Positions 1-13,230 of a DNA stretch of 64,000 bases are shown here, piece by piece; position 1 is the stretch's first letter; each line of letters starts with the position of its first letter. Origin of the DNA: Psilocybe cubensis (taxonomy: Eukaryota). The notes beneath the pieces were generated by a model, which was not told where the DNA came from, ran no database searches, and was given only the letters and a program-made list of their open reading frames with translations. A program made the translations under genes and the position numbers. The stretch spans positions 1,736,001 through 1,800,000 of the forward strand of contig CM039007.1 in assembly GCA_017499595.2 (NCBI GenBank). The letters are read 5' to 3'.

Positions 1-536
1 TTGCGTCTGAGTCAATGCCAGTGTACACTCCTGGTACCGTCACCTAGAGACACACTGTATCTGTAAAAATTGCAGGATAAAGAACACTTACAGTAGTGCA
101 AAATCCGGCGAACTTCCGCCGACAACTTGACGTCCGACTCAGAGGCTGCCAATGCTGGCTTGATATCCCTACTAGCGTTCCCAGGACACGAGCCAGACAC
201 AGGGAGACGCTGCGGTTTTTCGTTCGCATCGTACGACGGCTCACACTCTCCCTGGTTACCAATGGATGCATGGTCTGCCAGTGCTGCCTCAATCTCTTCA
301 ATAGCGTTCCCAGGACCCGGTTCAGACACAGAGAGCCGCTGCGGCTCTTCGACTACATCATCCGACGGCTCACATTTTCCTTGGTCAACGGTGCTCGCGT
401 CTTCAACGGTATCAGGCTCAGCCTCTACATCGTAGCTGTTAGAGGTATAGGCGCGCTCGGGCGCGATGGATTCGAACGTATCATGTTGCTCAGAGTTCTC
501 GTCTGCAGCCGCGGGGTTCGGGAGGATCACAGCCAT
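1..536 (-). CDS. Hypothetical acidic protein (partial, probably continues off the left edge) with a ~43-aa internal duplication
   Basis: ORF 12-536 contains two copies of QGxCEPSxDxxExPQRLxVSxxxPGNAxxxIxxALA. A probable intron with a CAG acceptor at 61-63 suggests the gene continues past the window start. No family recognised. Confidence 0.5.
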
Positions 537-935
537 TGAGGGCCAGATGTCGATGTTTACAGTTCTGTGGTGTTCTGTGGTTTGGTGTGGTTAAAGCTTC
601 GAGAAGAGAATTAGATGCTGTACTAGGCAGAGCCTGGGGGGTGTTCACTCCGTAGAAACGGGATCATATCAATGGGAATCCATCTGAAAGCTATTAATAG
701 CACTAACAATGATTCAAATGTTCGTGTAGAAGGGTAGCCATCTGACTCCCGTTACAGTGTTGGTCTTGGTAGGCAGCATTGATGTTTGAAGTGAGAAAAA
801 TAACAAAAAGAGAGTATTAAAAAATTGTACTACTCGGGATGAGATCATGATTCATGATACCTCAATTACTTATGCGATTCCGAGAAATTCAAGCAACATT
901 TGAAGTTCGTCGACTAGTAGTTGTGGTACTAATGT

Positions 936-1450
936 TTAACAACCGATTTTTACTATCACGACTTTGGCATTCCAGGGGACCCAAATGCTGACGTTGCACC
1001 CGCCACCCGACGGTATAGACATATTCTCCTCACCGTCTAAGCGCTGGTACACTTTCAAGTTCTCTCGTTCACTGCGAAGAATTTTCGCGCCTACAAAAAG
1101 AAAAGAAAATAAAAGACACGGTAAAAGTAGTCCGATGGTATTGTTAGCAAGAAATTCGCCGTCACAGGGGTAGGGCGAGGTGGGAAGGGTGAACGTACAT
1201 GTGTATGCCGTTCCGAGCGCGAATACAAAGACGGGTACAATCATCCCCCGAGGTATATTGGCACCTGGCGAAATTTGGCTGTTGGGAAAGAGCAGCACAA
1301 AGGCAGCATAGCCGGCTCCCACTGCAAAATTGAAAAAAAATCCAAGGCGCTCGCGTCAGCTTATTCTCTTGAAACAATGGGACATAGAAGAGGATAAACC
1401 GCCCAGAGGACAGCGAACGTACCGGCGTTGATGACGATGCACGTTTGCAT
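936..1450 (-). CDS. Small multi-pass membrane protein, unknown function
   Basis: ATG 1450. Exon 1 1450-1423 (MQTCIVINA), GTACGT...TTGCAG intron 1422-1322 in matching phase, exon 2 with 2-3 hydrophobic segments (VGAGYAAFVLLF; MIVPVFVFALGTAY; IGLLLPCLLFSFLFVGA). Confidence 0.55.
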
Positions 1451-3341
1451 GTTGGTGATGTGCACGGCAGTGGGGATGCGTAGATGGTTAGAATTGGGAT
1501 CTGTAGTCGTGTATCGGAACCCGATTCTTTTAAACGTACGATTTGTTGTTGCTTTTATCAGTAGGTGGCCTGAATATCTACGCGCTAGGGAAGAGGTAGA
1601 CTCACGGAGATGCCAAGATCAAAACACCTAGTATCACAAACAGCTCATAGAACATATACACAACCTGTATCGTTTTGACTGCAAGGAATAACATCAAATA
1701 GGTGTTAGCACCACCTCCCTCCACTCTCTTTAACAGTCACCAAAGAGCCATGGACGGCCCTGTAAAAAATAAAGACATACCTTCCCCTTTGTTCCATTCC
1801 ACACTAAAAAAAATCTCCAGAATCACCGCCGCGAAGAATAAATACTCCAGGAGAAATGCAACACCTTCCGGACATTAGATAGATAGAGTAAAGCGAGTCA
1901 ATGCGTACCCTCCAGTATCGCACACAGAGGCAAGCTGAATTACTCACAGTACGGTATAACACGCCGACCGTGACGCGCCAAATCGATGGCTTCTGATTCC
2001 GTTTTCGACGACATCCCATAGCGCTCGTCACCAGCACCGAGACCAAGTCCAGATTCAACATGCCCAACGGCATCTGTACCCCCCACAACGGGCGGGGTCG
2101 AACCTTCCGTCCCCAGGACCCGTTTCTTATCACCTACAAACACAGTGTCCATCGAGCGCCGAAGTATCGATGGTCAGATATTCCAATGTTTTACGATGTG
2201 CTAGCAAGATGGTGATGGGACCGTTTCCGTTCAAATCGCTGCCCAGTAAGGCCACTACTTGACTCATAAACGGGATCCAAATAGTCCGTGCGCTGTACAG
2301 CGTGCAATGTGCAATGTACAGCTGACAGCACCAACGATCAATCGCTCTAATGTACCAGTCACATCACATCTGATGTAGTTTCAGGAAAGCTTGATTTAGA
2401 GCCGTTTAATCTGACCAGGCAAACTCAAGCATTCAGCTGAAAACGAAGAAAATGAGAGAGAGAAAAAGAAAGAAAACATACTCTTTCAAAGATTCAAAAA
2501 TCCAAAAATCCGAAAATCCAAAACGAATTCACAAAAGGTACAAATGAAAAACGAACCAATGACCAATGGGAAAAAAAATGAATAACGATAATTTACAACC
2601 AACTACTACGTATCACTAACACTTAAACACTAACACTATCGCTATCGCTATCACTAACACATAACAATGTACCTACGTAACTACGTAAACAATCCTTATT
2701 GCAAAAAAAACAAAAAACAAAAATTTGAGGATACGATCCTCGAAAGTGGTACGGGGCAGGCATAAGGGTACAGCTTTAAGCAGTACGCAGCAATGGTATG
2801 CGGTATATGGGGGGAGGATAATGAAGGGAAAGAGAACGGAAAAACGGAGTCGAAAAAGGCAGAGAGACTGGGAGGGAGAGAGAGGACGGGAAGACTACGG
2901 ATGCAAAGAAAGGATGAAAGAAGGAAAGAAGGAAAAAAGATCAAGAGCAATAAGCCAAAAAGAAAAAAGAAAAAACCAAAAGATAATGAATAAGTTAACA
3001 CCACCGACAAAGCGAGCGAGGATATCCATTCATCGCCCGTGCCCGTGGTCGTGCTCATGTTATGCACGCGCCCGCGCCCGTGGTCGTAGTCACGCTCATG
3101 TGGGTGCGCCATAGTCGTAGTCGTATTAGTTGTAGCCGCCGTAATCCAATTCCCACACCAAAAAGTATGAACAGACGCACGCACGCACGCAATGAAAAAA
3201 TGACTATTCATTCTCCCAAGGATTCTCCCAAGGACGGGTGACGGGTGACGGAAACACCAATAAGCCAATAAGGAGGGGGTACCACGCGTCGCTGTTTCCA
3301 CACCCTCCAACAACTCCAACTCCAACTCCAACCAACCATCA

Positions 3342-6300
3342 TCAATCATCATTCTCCTGCTCCATAGCCTCCCTCTCCAACTTCTTCTTCATCGCGCTCA
3401 CTATATCACCACCAACAACAACAACATCCAAAATATGGAGCGAGAGACAAGGAAAGAAAGGAAGAAATGAAAGAAGAAAGAAAGAAGCTAGTCAGAACCT
3501 CCTCTAATCCATCAACGATAAAAATATAAAAAAAAAAAACGCACCATCTCTTGAAATTTGACCAGACGACATCCATCCATCGGGGTATGCACTCACAATC
3601 TACAAAAATCAAAAACCAAAAATGCGTCGATAGACGAGCAAAAAAGGCAGAAAAGCAAGGACAAACAAATGAAAAGAAACGTATATTAGCTCCCCATCAC
3701 AACACACAACAAACCAAAGCATTAGCATTAGCACGCACCTTTTGGTACAACACCTTCCTCAACCCCTGATCGCTGATCTGCACCACGGATCCTTCCAACG
3801 AGCTACGAGAAATGCGTGTGAGTACAAGGCTGAGGCGGGAAGCAAGGCGCGGGAAAGGAGGGTAAAGGGGGGAAAGGAGGGGACATGTAAAGACAAGAAA
3901 AGAAAAGGGAAGCGAAGGCCATCCCTAAACCTCACACCCCCAAATCCAAAATCCAAACAAACAACGAAGAAGTCATAATTGCACGGGAACGAGGGAGTGG
4001 GTCCCCATCCGCGTGTGAAGTTCCAAGTAAGAGGGTGAACGCACACACAAGCGCCAAGTATACCTGATATGGCAATCGAATGACCATATGTGGGAAGAAA
4101 GAAAGAAAGCTTCGAGATCTACACTCCCCCAAGACTAAGAGCGGGTGCCAAGTGCCAAGTGCCAAGGACGTAGTACGGAAACTGGTGACATGTCCAAAAC
4201 CACGCCCATCCATCCATCCCATACGACATACAACATAAAAAAGAAAACGAAAACGAAAACGAAAACAGAACCAGAACCAGAACCAGAAAAAAAAAGAAAA
4301 ACAAGGGAAAGAGGAAAGACTCACTTCTTCTCATTCTCCAACCGACAACACTCATTGCTCAACAACACAAGCTCCCAGACAATATTCTTCATCTGCTCCG
4401 TCATCCTATACCGTCTCGCAGGCGGATTATTCCCATGCTCTCTCTCCTTCCCCTCCTTCCCTTCCCCTTTCTCTTTATCCTTATCCTTATCCTTCTCTTT
4501 ATCTTTATCTTTATCTTTATCCTTATCCTCCTGTGTCCCAGAAGGCCCATCAACATCCATCTCCTCCGTCCCATGCCTCGTCGGCGCCTCACTCCCCGTT
4601 CCCGTCCCTTCATGTCCACCTGCAGCGCCGCCGCCGCCAGCAGCCTTGATCTTCTCCTGTCTTTTATCCCATGCGACGACGTTGCGCTCCCACTCCTCCT
4701 TGGCGCGCTCGAACCCGTCGTCTGCGAGCTGCTTGAGCTGCGCGAGGAGTGTGTCTTGTCGCTCGGTGAGCAGTGCGAGGTGGTCGGAGAATACAGTGCG
4801 TTTAATGAGTTTCTGTATTGATAAAGGGTGAGATGAGATGTGATCAATAGCAGATGAGCGAACAGATAGAATGAATAAGAGAGAATAAAACAACACGGAT
4901 ATGAACATGAACATGAAAAACTCACCGTCATCGTAAACTTATTATACGGAAACAAATTCGGCATCAACGAAAAAAAATCATCATCATACTCATCCAGCTT
5001 AATCGCCAACACCGCCATGCGCGCGAGCGGCGCCTTGAGCGCCGGCGGGAACTTGCCCTTATTCTCCCAGTTCTCCTTCTTAATCAGCTCGCGCATCTCC
5101 TTGAGCGCGGCTTGCAGAGACGGGTGGAAGAGCGTCTCGTCCACAACGCGTTTACGCTTGCCTGTCTCTGTGATAAAGCTATTCTGCCGCTTACGCTTCT
5201 GGCCCCCGCCTGCGAGGGGAGGTGGGAGGAGTGTGTGTGGCGGCACGTCCGGTGCGCCGCTTGTGGATATTGATGTCGAAGCAGTAGCAGCGGATTTGGC
5301 GCCGTTGACGCTGGTGGAAGTGGATCCTACGGGTGCGGAGATGGATGTGGATGCGGATGTGCCGGGTTCGGCGTCGATGGTGATAGGTGCCTCGCGGGTG
5401 CCCTCGATGCTCTTCCCCTTGTGCGCCGTGGTGGGGAGTGCCGCGGACAGCGAAGGCGGCAGGCCCGTTGCGAACGAAATCTTTTTCGATTTGGGCTTCT
5501 TTGGTGTCCTGCACAGGCGACGGTAGCGTGTGAGGGAGATGAGTACGATGAGCATGTGGATGGGGGTAGAAAGGAGTAGAGGAATAGACGCACTTGTCTT
5601 TGAGCAGCGCGACTTCGCCGCTGGAGACGTAGAACCCCTGTTGCTTCGTCTGCGCGAAGAACTGGCGCTCGTCGACAGCGAGCTCCGAGTCGTCGATGAA
5701 CGGGTCCGTCGTGTCGTAGTACTCCGACGCCGGGTTCTTTTTCTATCACACACAAACACACAGCGCACCATAAGCCCAACGAACAGAGTCGCAACAACGA
5801 CAACGCACCTTTTTCTTCTTCTTCGTCTTCCCCGGTCCGGCACTCGCACTCGCCCCGCCCTCATCCTCCTCGTCATCCTCATCGCTCGAGTCGGGCACAG
5901 CGCGCTTCACCACCACAGGCGGCGTCGGCGGGCGCTGCCCCGTTTCCTTCGCCTGGCGCCGGATATCGACCTCGTAGTTACTCGGGCCGCCGAGACGGAT
6001 CTCGAGGCGGATCGTGCGGAGGGGGATGACGGGCGGGGGCGGGGACGGCGATGGGGAGCGCGGGCGCGGGGGCTTTGTCGAGCGTGGTTTCGCGGACGAC
6101 GCGGGTTTCAGTGTTGTTGTGGAGGCGGAGGCGGAGGGTGAGGGGGCGGCAGCGGAGGACGGGGGTTTGGTGAGTGGTGACGAGGGCGTGGGGGCGGCGG
6201 AGTCGGCGGCGGCGGTGGGGGTTGTGGCTGGGGGAGGAGCGGAAGAGGAGGCGGAGGAGGGCGGGCCATGGGAGGGGCCGGGAGAGTCGGGGGAGGGAGA

Positions 6301-6429
6301 GTGGACGAGGAGCGGGATGGAGACGCTGGAGGGCTGAGCGTGGACGACAGGGACGGTGGGGACGGCGAAGGAGGAGCGGCGGCTTGTGGCGGGGGACGGC
6401 GAGGGCCGCATCTCGACATCGGAGGCCAT
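3342..6429 (-). CDS. HPC2: HIR histone chaperone complex subunit Hpc2 / ubinuclein-like protein (multi-exon)
   Basis: Spliced exon ~5743-5594 encodes SEYYDTTDPFIDDSELAVDERQFFAQTKQQGFYV (HUN/HRD motif). Later exons encode ubinuclein middle-domain-like sequence (KFPPALK...LFPYNKFTMTKLIKR; LRKVLYQK; AYPDGWMSSGQISR). Final exon SAMKKKLEREAMEQENDD, stop 3342-3344. Confidence 0.85.
4474..4527. repeat. Coding hexamer microsatellite (TTATCC/TTATCT)n giving an Asp-Lys run in Hpc2
   Basis: Tandem repeat visible directly; translates as DKDKDKDKDKEKDKDKDK on the minus strand. Confidence 0.85.
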
Positions 6430-8810
6430 GGTGTGCTAGGTGGAAGGGATGGGGACTGGGACGATGGTGATGATGATGATGTGGAAGAATGCCGAATCGG
6501 GAGAGGGCAGCCAACATGTTTGAACAACTCTCATCCCTTCTTTCCTCCGCGGAATTCTTCCCCCGCAAATTTTTTTTCTCTCTTTGGGCCGTGCCATCCT
6601 TGCCAAATGGTGACGCGACAACGCACGGACACACAACATCTCAGACATTCTCCGCGTGGGAACCCTCAAACCCACTCTCATTGGCTCGGCCTTGCCCGTG
6701 GAAGACACATACCCCAATCAACAAAATGGATCATTGAGCTCTTTATCCTGCGTCTTGTTGTCGAGGCCCAGAGAAAGCCTTCTCAAAGTTGAACCGGTCA
6801 ATAACGGTGTACATTCAGCCTAGTCCATGCTCCAGTCATAACTATGTCTATCTGCACGACTTATCCTAACTAACTCATCTCATCTCAGCAACATAGTATT
6901 GACCATGGCAGTTCAGTCTCCGAGCTAGCGTTCAGCATAGTTTCAGAGGTCTCGCTATTGGATTGCATGTGCTGAGTTGCTCGACATCGCTGCTGGATGA
7001 TGGTTGACCCAGATATCTGTAAGTATATGCGCATATATGCCATCTATTTCTCACTGTTATAGTTTCTTGTCAGGACATAGCGGTACACACACCATCTTGT
7101 GCTGAATTTAAGTACAGTGACGACCTAAAACTCTGGAACAATGTAATTCAAGGACCTCTACTCACTTGGTTTGTCCTCGCGGTACTGTCGATACCACATC
7201 ACAGAATACATTCTCACAGATATCATTTAACCTTCTGTGACGCGCACGACAGAGGACCCTCGCGTCTCCTCAGACATCATATATCAAGGTCCTGTCAAGA
7301 CTGTTTATGGTGGCACACCTCGGGTTCGATGGCGAGGCAATTTCGCCTTTCACATCAATCTCACGCAAACTCATTTGTAGTTGTGTCCCTCTTCCTAGCC
7401 CTACTGATACTGTGCCTCGATACTTCTCTTTATCCAGTCCTCCGACTCGTATGGTCATAGACTCTTCGTTTCGAAGCCTCCTAGAAACGAGGGAACTGAG
7501 AGGAACGAAAAACAACTTGATGGCCCGAAACACGCGCTTTTGATCAGAAGTGCATTAAAGAAGTTTTTCTCAAGATTCAATGGGAGTTCTAATGAACATC
7601 GTAAGTGGAAGTTATCTTGCTCGCTCTCAAGTTATGCGCAGATAAGGATGGTTGCTCCCTCATCGTTGAGTGAGGAAACGTCCTGCACGTTTCGGCTCAC
7701 CCGTTGCAATTTACATTTGCGCAGACAGGATATCCAGGAAGAATTAATTCATGCATTGGGCTACAATAAAACGTTTGCTCACTCCAATTGGAAACCATGT
7801 CGGCATCAGAATGATCAATGAGAGCTCAGTTAAATCCCAAACACCAACAACTACATACGAAACTCTGACTCTCACACAAAACATCCTTTCAAAGTACACA
7901 CTCAGGAATCAGCAAATTTCAATGTACCCATGCGCCAACAAAGATCTTTCGCGGGACAACCGACAAAGATAGACACGCATCTATAAGAATATCTCAGCTC
8001 ATTGTATTAAGCATACGGTACTCAGGCTGGGTAGGTGCTACACCATGTGGAGGGTGGGAAGGGGGGGATCAATCAGATGGTTGCTTTCGGGCGTCTAAAA
8101 ATGATTGCCCTCCGTCTTGCGATCATGTTTACATCTGCCCATCCATCCACACTGCGACGATGATCATTGATCCTCTCTGGACTGTTGAATTTGTACTCAC
8201 GTCAATGAGTGAATGATGTTTGTAATAGCAGAAAGGTGCGGGGCTGGATGGATATTTGTTCTTTACGACATTTCTAAACGGTGAACCGGCAGATGAGAAT
8301 GACTTTTAATGTTAAGAAATACGACAATGTCAGCTCAAACTACACTCATTCGTCCCATCCCACTTCACACCACCACACGCATGTTTCCGGCACATCATCT
8401 CCAAAAAAGGTGGCTTGACAACACCACATGCACCCCCAGAAACCTCCAACTGTTCTCCGTATCCTATGAACGATCTCATTCTCAACACAGAATGCATCAC
8501 AACAAGTTGGTTGGCACAACTTCGTATCCAGTCGGGGGGGGTAAACGCTATATCTACACCCAGAACTAGAAGTCGTTGCTTGTTAAGATTCCCCACAGAA
8601 CTGCGGCGGCGTTAATTAACTGAACTGTATAGATACTTAGCGCCGAGCGCCATTGACAACGTTTAATTTTCGACTCGCAGTTCAGCGCTAATCTGATCCC
8701 TAGAATAACCGATAACCCGGCGTTGTGACTACCGAGGTACGTTGTTTGCGTGGTTTTTTAGAGTATAGGCTTGTGTACTTACGGTTATTATGCTGCGTGT
8801 TAGTGATAAC

Positions 8811-10211
8811 ATGTCGCTTTCTGTAACAGAACCAACAGCGCTTGGTTTACCCTTCACCAGCGCTACGATCCCTGCTATCGCCCACCCCACCTCAACCACC
8901 CATATATCGCCCAACCACTCCATTCATTCGGTTCCCATCGCCAAGAGCTCGCAGTCTTTCTCCTCCTCCTCCAGCAGCAGCAGCGCCGTGTTCATGCACC
9001 TCTTCGCAGGCTCCGGGACCGCACTCTCACTCCTCTTCCTCTTTGGAATATACCACCTCCTACAACATGCCCTCGCCGCGTGCCGCCGCCGCCTTGGCCA
9101 TCGCCATTATCACCGCTCGGCGACCCAGCGCACGAGTATAAATGACCTGAAAAAGAGGATGCAGATGTACGGTCGTCTCGCGAGCCCTGTCCCTTTCCCT
9201 GTGAATGTGGATGTGGCTGGTGAGCAGCGCGGTGATCATGATAGCCGTGACGCAGGTGCGGACGATCGGGAGCGTGAGCGGGGGCGGGACTTGTCTAGTG
9301 CTAGTGTCGAAGATAGGGAACAACAAAGTTCAGCGCATGAGGACCGCGATGAGGATATCGAGGCTCAGGCCGGCATGCGCAGCGCGTTCGCGTATGCGGG
9401 TGGCGTTGAAAATGGAGGCGGGGGCGGGGGCGCCGCCGCCGCTGCCGCGCTGCAGGTATGCATATACCGCCTCGAGGCGCGCGTGCGGCACCTCGAACGC
9501 GTGCTCCACGAAAGCGCCGGCGGTGCCAATACCAGTACCAGTACCAGTACCAGTACCAGTACCACTGCGAATGCGAGTGCGAGTGCGAGTGCGAATAGGA
9601 ATACGAGTGCGAGTGAGATGCGCCCGGGATCAGTGGCGATTGCGGTGCATGCGCGGGCTGCGACGCCAATTCAACGTTTTATTGGCATGGACGCGGACGC
9701 GGGTGCGGGAGGGGCACCGCAAATGGATGCAAGGACGCGTGCAGGCGCTAGCGCTGGGTTTGGCGCTGGAACTTTCGAGTCTGCTTCTGCTACTGCTTCT
9801 GCTACTGCTGCTCCTTCAACTTCAACTTCAACTTCAAGTTCCATGACACGCGTACCCTCAATTTCACACGCACAAGAGAATACTAGCAACGCGCGAAGTG
9901 CCGCAGAAGAAACAGCACCCGCACCCGTACCAGCACCAGCACCAGCACCAGCACCAGCACCAGCACCAGCACCATCACCATCACCGTCCCCATCTCCAGA
10001 GCCACCAACAGCAAACGCAAGCGCTCTGAGCTACACTGCCGTGACCCATACGCGCCATGTGTCCACCGCAGAGAGTGTAGACTCACACTCCATCGGCAGG
10101 CGCAGCTCCCCGCCGGAGTACCGCTCGCGAGAGGGGTCGGTCATAACTGCGCGGAGTTTCGTTGGTGTTGAGGGGAGGCCGCCTTCGTCCAGTCACGGAT
10201 GGACAGTGTAA
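8811..10211 (+). CDS. Single-pass membrane protein with C-terminal PPxY motif, tandem paralog 1 of 4
   Basis: 5'UTR intron 8737-8803, then ATG 8811. Ser/Thr-rich N-terminus, TM (HLFAGSGTALSLLFLFGIYHLL), ACRRR, YGRL, RLEARVRHLERVL, SALSYT, AESVDS, RSSPPEYRSRE. Contains (TS)n and (PA)n microsatellite expansions. Confidence 0.8.
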   Translation: MSLSVTEPTALGLPFTSATIPAIAHPTSTTHISPNHSIHSVPIAKSSQSFSSSSSSSSAVFMHLFAGSGTALSLLFLFGIYHLLQHALAACRRRLGHRHYHRSATQRTSINDLKKRMQMYGRLASPVPFPVNVDVAGEQRGDHDSRDAGADDRERERGRDLSSASVEDREQQSSAHEDRDEDIEAQAGMRSAFAYAGGVENGGGGGGAAAAAALQVCIYRLEARVRHLERVLHESAGGANTSTSTSTSTSTTANASASASANRNTSASEMRPGSVAIAVHARAATPIQRFIGMDADAGAGGAPQMDARTRAGASAGFGAGTFESASATASATAAPSTSTSTSSSMTRVPSISHAQENTSNARSAAEETAPAPVPAPAPAPAPAPAPAPSPSPSPSPEPPTANASALSYTAVTHTRHVSTAESVDSHSIGRRSSPPEYRSREGSVITARSFVGVEGRPPSSSHGWTV

Positions 10212-12030
10212 TGATCAGTCGTGGATGAGTTGATTTGAGGTTTGTGAGAGATTGCAAGTGGGGAAGAGGGAGGAGGATTTGGTTGGCGAGGTTATATGGA
10301 TGCGGTAGGCAGGTGTATCCGCAGTTTGGGATCGTCGCGCTTGGGAATTGTCATGGACTCGAAATTACCCCGGAACTGTTCAACGTTCAACCATCACCAG
10401 ATCTGAGAGTTGATATCTCGGAATGAAAGGAGCCCAAAATGGCTTTCGGCGCTTAACAGTTTGCGAGTCAAGTACTCGACGATTTATTTTTTGGGATAAA
10501 GTTGAGCGCTGAGCACCGGAATGTTTTGATAATTTGAATCTTTTTTTTTTGCTTCTTGGATACCGTAACAGCTGAATAATTGTTTGAAGGAAATTTATAG
10601 TATATAGTCGATCTAATTTTTTCAAGAAAATATGTGCATTAATGTGACCGTATTTCATTTGCACACTATACCTTATTATCCCCATCCTTGTAGTACCTGT
10701 CGTTCAAGATACCAAAGCAGCATATTAGATTTAATTAATAGAAGTTCGAATAATTTGTACAGGTAGTATCTTCAACCAATCAGCGCATGCACTAGTGTAC
10801 AACAAAGCTTTAAATCACAAGGATTGGATACGGTAGCTTCAACAGAATCAGAAGTTGAACTAGTCGGCAATTTGCAAACACCAATAGACAAGACCTTTCC
10901 ACGAAACTGGGTCCTAGAATAATCGAACGATTCTGTCGTGTGTCATGCAAAAAAAATCTTGAGCAATTTATGCGGGTAAAAGGTCTACAGATCAGTTTGA
11001 ACACATGTACTGACGGCTGTGAAAATGTGATATCAAAATTCCTTTATGATTTTTTGTGATCAAACACACAGCCAGGCTTTTATGTTTATACGTTCATCCT
11101 TGAATGATACAGGTAAAACAGAAAAAATGTTCTCGAAAATTCTTCTAGGAATCAGTCCGGCGAGACGCAATGGGCGGGATGAGTAGATTTTGGTATATAT
11201 TAAATCTATACTAGGATGGACCAACTGCTGCAGTGTACAAATAACGATCTTTGGCAAGGCAACTAACAAAAATAGACTTGCATCAGGAAAATTTCAGTGT
11301 AGGATAGTAAACGTCATAGGCAACGATCTTCATTCAGACTGATGTGGGGATGCAAATGGGATCAACAATTGAGCAATCTTTCGGGCGCTTAAAAAAGATT
11401 CCCCGGCACTGCTCCCGGCATCACGTCTATCTATGCACATCCGCTTGAACAATCATTAATGCTCTCATTACAAGGCATATTGCATGTCAGTGCATGCTTT
11501 TCAGTTGGAAGAAATGCACATGAATCATTTCCTATGACAAATCCTGAATGGTGAACCCAGAAAAAAGCAAGAAAAAAGTCAGTTTTCGAGCAAAGCATCT
11601 ATCTGCATCTATCACATCCTTATTTACTCCTTTTTTACATCACACCCACCAAAACAAACATCGAAATCCAACATCATTTGAAAAAAGTGACTTGACAACA
11701 CACGAACTGCAACCCCAAAACCTCCTTGAACTGTTCTAGGTATCCTATGAACCATCTCTGAACAGAATCAAACAAGTTGGTTGGTACAACATATCCAGTC
11801 AAGTAATGGTATATCTACACTAGAAGTTGCTGCGTTGTATGATTCCCCAGAACCGCAGCTGCACACACAGCTCCGATTTTGAGCGCCAAAGCTTCTCTCG
11901 TTCAGCGCTAATTTGGTCCTTAAGCATCCCAGAGATATCTTCGCCGTACCACCAAGGTATGTTGCTTACGCCATGCCTCCTCAGAGAACTGATTTGTGTA
12001 CTTACACTTACGCCGGATGTTAGGAATAAG

Positions 12031-13230
12031 ATGCCGTATCTTTCAGCAAAAGTATCAGAGCTTCCCTTACCCTTATCCAGCGTTCATATTGCAGTCTATG
12101 GAGACACCGAGACAATCTCACAGAACCACCTCTCCTACACCTTTACAAGTACAACATATCTACCTCAGATAACCCATCAATCTTCTACAAGTTTGAAGGT
12201 ATTAGATATTTTCAGCACACCTACATCCGCCTCATCATTTTTTTCCACCGTCTCATCTGCCTCCATCACCACCTCAACGGCTTCAGCACTACCAAGCAAC
12301 TACCCCATTACAAGTCCTAACGTTAGGGACACGCAGCCTTTAGGGTCCTTCTTCAGTGCCAACGGCATGTTCCCGCACCTCTTTGCTGGTGCCGGGACCG
12401 CCGGCGCATTCCTCCTTCTCCTCGCAGCGTATCAACTCATACAACACGCCCTCGCAGCGTGCCGCCGTCGCCGTCGCCCCCCATCAATCCAGCTGGCTGG
12501 CATACAAAACATGAAAAAGCAGATGTATGGTCGACTTACAAGCCGCCTCTCCGAGAATCGCAATGATAATCGGGACTCCTCTGTAGAACAGGAGGAGCAC
12601 CGCGACAACGATATCGAAGCCCGGGCCGCGCGTGCCGAGGATGGAGGCGCCGTCGCGCTGCCTCTCACGCTGCAGATGTGTGTTAGCCGCCTCGAGGCGC
12701 GTGTGCAGCACCTCGAACGCGTCCTCGAAGGGCGCACTGGTGGTGCGAGTGCAATGCGTCCGATCTCAGTAGCAATCGCAGCGCAGGCTCGAGTTCCGAC
12801 GCCAGCTCAATGCTCGACTGGAATGAACACGGATATTGAAACGGAAACAGCAACAGAAATTAACAGGAGGATTGTTACGGGTATGGAACACGGGAGTACT
12901 GCGCCTAACGCTGCTAGTACTGCAGAGCTCACCACACCTTCCGTGGTGCGCGCACCCTCGATTTCGCAATGCAGGGAAGATAGTGTGGCCCAATGCGATG
13001 CCTCACCAGCAACCGCATCTCCACAGCCGACTATAACGAGCTTGAGCGCTTTGAGTTACACTACTGGTACCCGGCGCGAGTCGCGTGCAGAGAGTGTGGA
13101 CTCCATCAGCGGACGCAGCTCACCACCGGAATATCGCTCGCGAGAGGCGTCTCTGGTAGCTACACGCAGTCTTATAGATGAAAGGCCTTCTTCGTCACGG
13201 TCAAGCACTGGTACAGCCAATCGGGCATGA
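12031..13230 (+). CDS. Single-pass membrane protein with C-terminal PPxY motif, tandem paralog 2 of 4
   Basis: 5'UTR intron 11957-12023 (same 67-nt length as copy 1), ATG 12031. Same motif order: HLFAGAGTAGAFLLLLAAYQLI, ACRRRRR, YGRL, RLEARVQHLERVLE, SALSYT, RSSPPEYRSRE. Confidence 0.8.
   Translation: MPYLSAKVSELPLPLSSVHIAVYGDTETISQNHLSYTFTSTTYLPQITHQSSTSLKVLDIFSTPTSASSFFSTVSSASITTSTASALPSNYPITSPNVRDTQPLGSFFSANGMFPHLFAGAGTAGAFLLLLAAYQLIQHALAACRRRRRPPSIQLAGIQNMKKQMYGRLTSRLSENRNDNRDSSVEQEEHRDNDIEARAARAEDGGAVALPLTLQMCVSRLEARVQHLERVLEGRTGGASAMRPISVAIAAQARVPTPAQCSTGMNTDIETETATEINRRIVTGMEHGSTAPNAASTAELTTPSVVRAPSISQCREDSVAQCDASPATASPQPTITSLSALSYTTGTRRESRAESVDSISGRSSPPEYRSREASLVATRSLIDERPSSSRSSTGTANRA

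Noticed and set aside
2696-4831. Long low-complexity ORFs (2696-3352, 2725-3114, 4145-4831 and similar)
   Set aside because: They arise from microsatellite or homopolymer tracts in the HPC2 3' flank and introns, or are antisense shadows of HPC2 exons.
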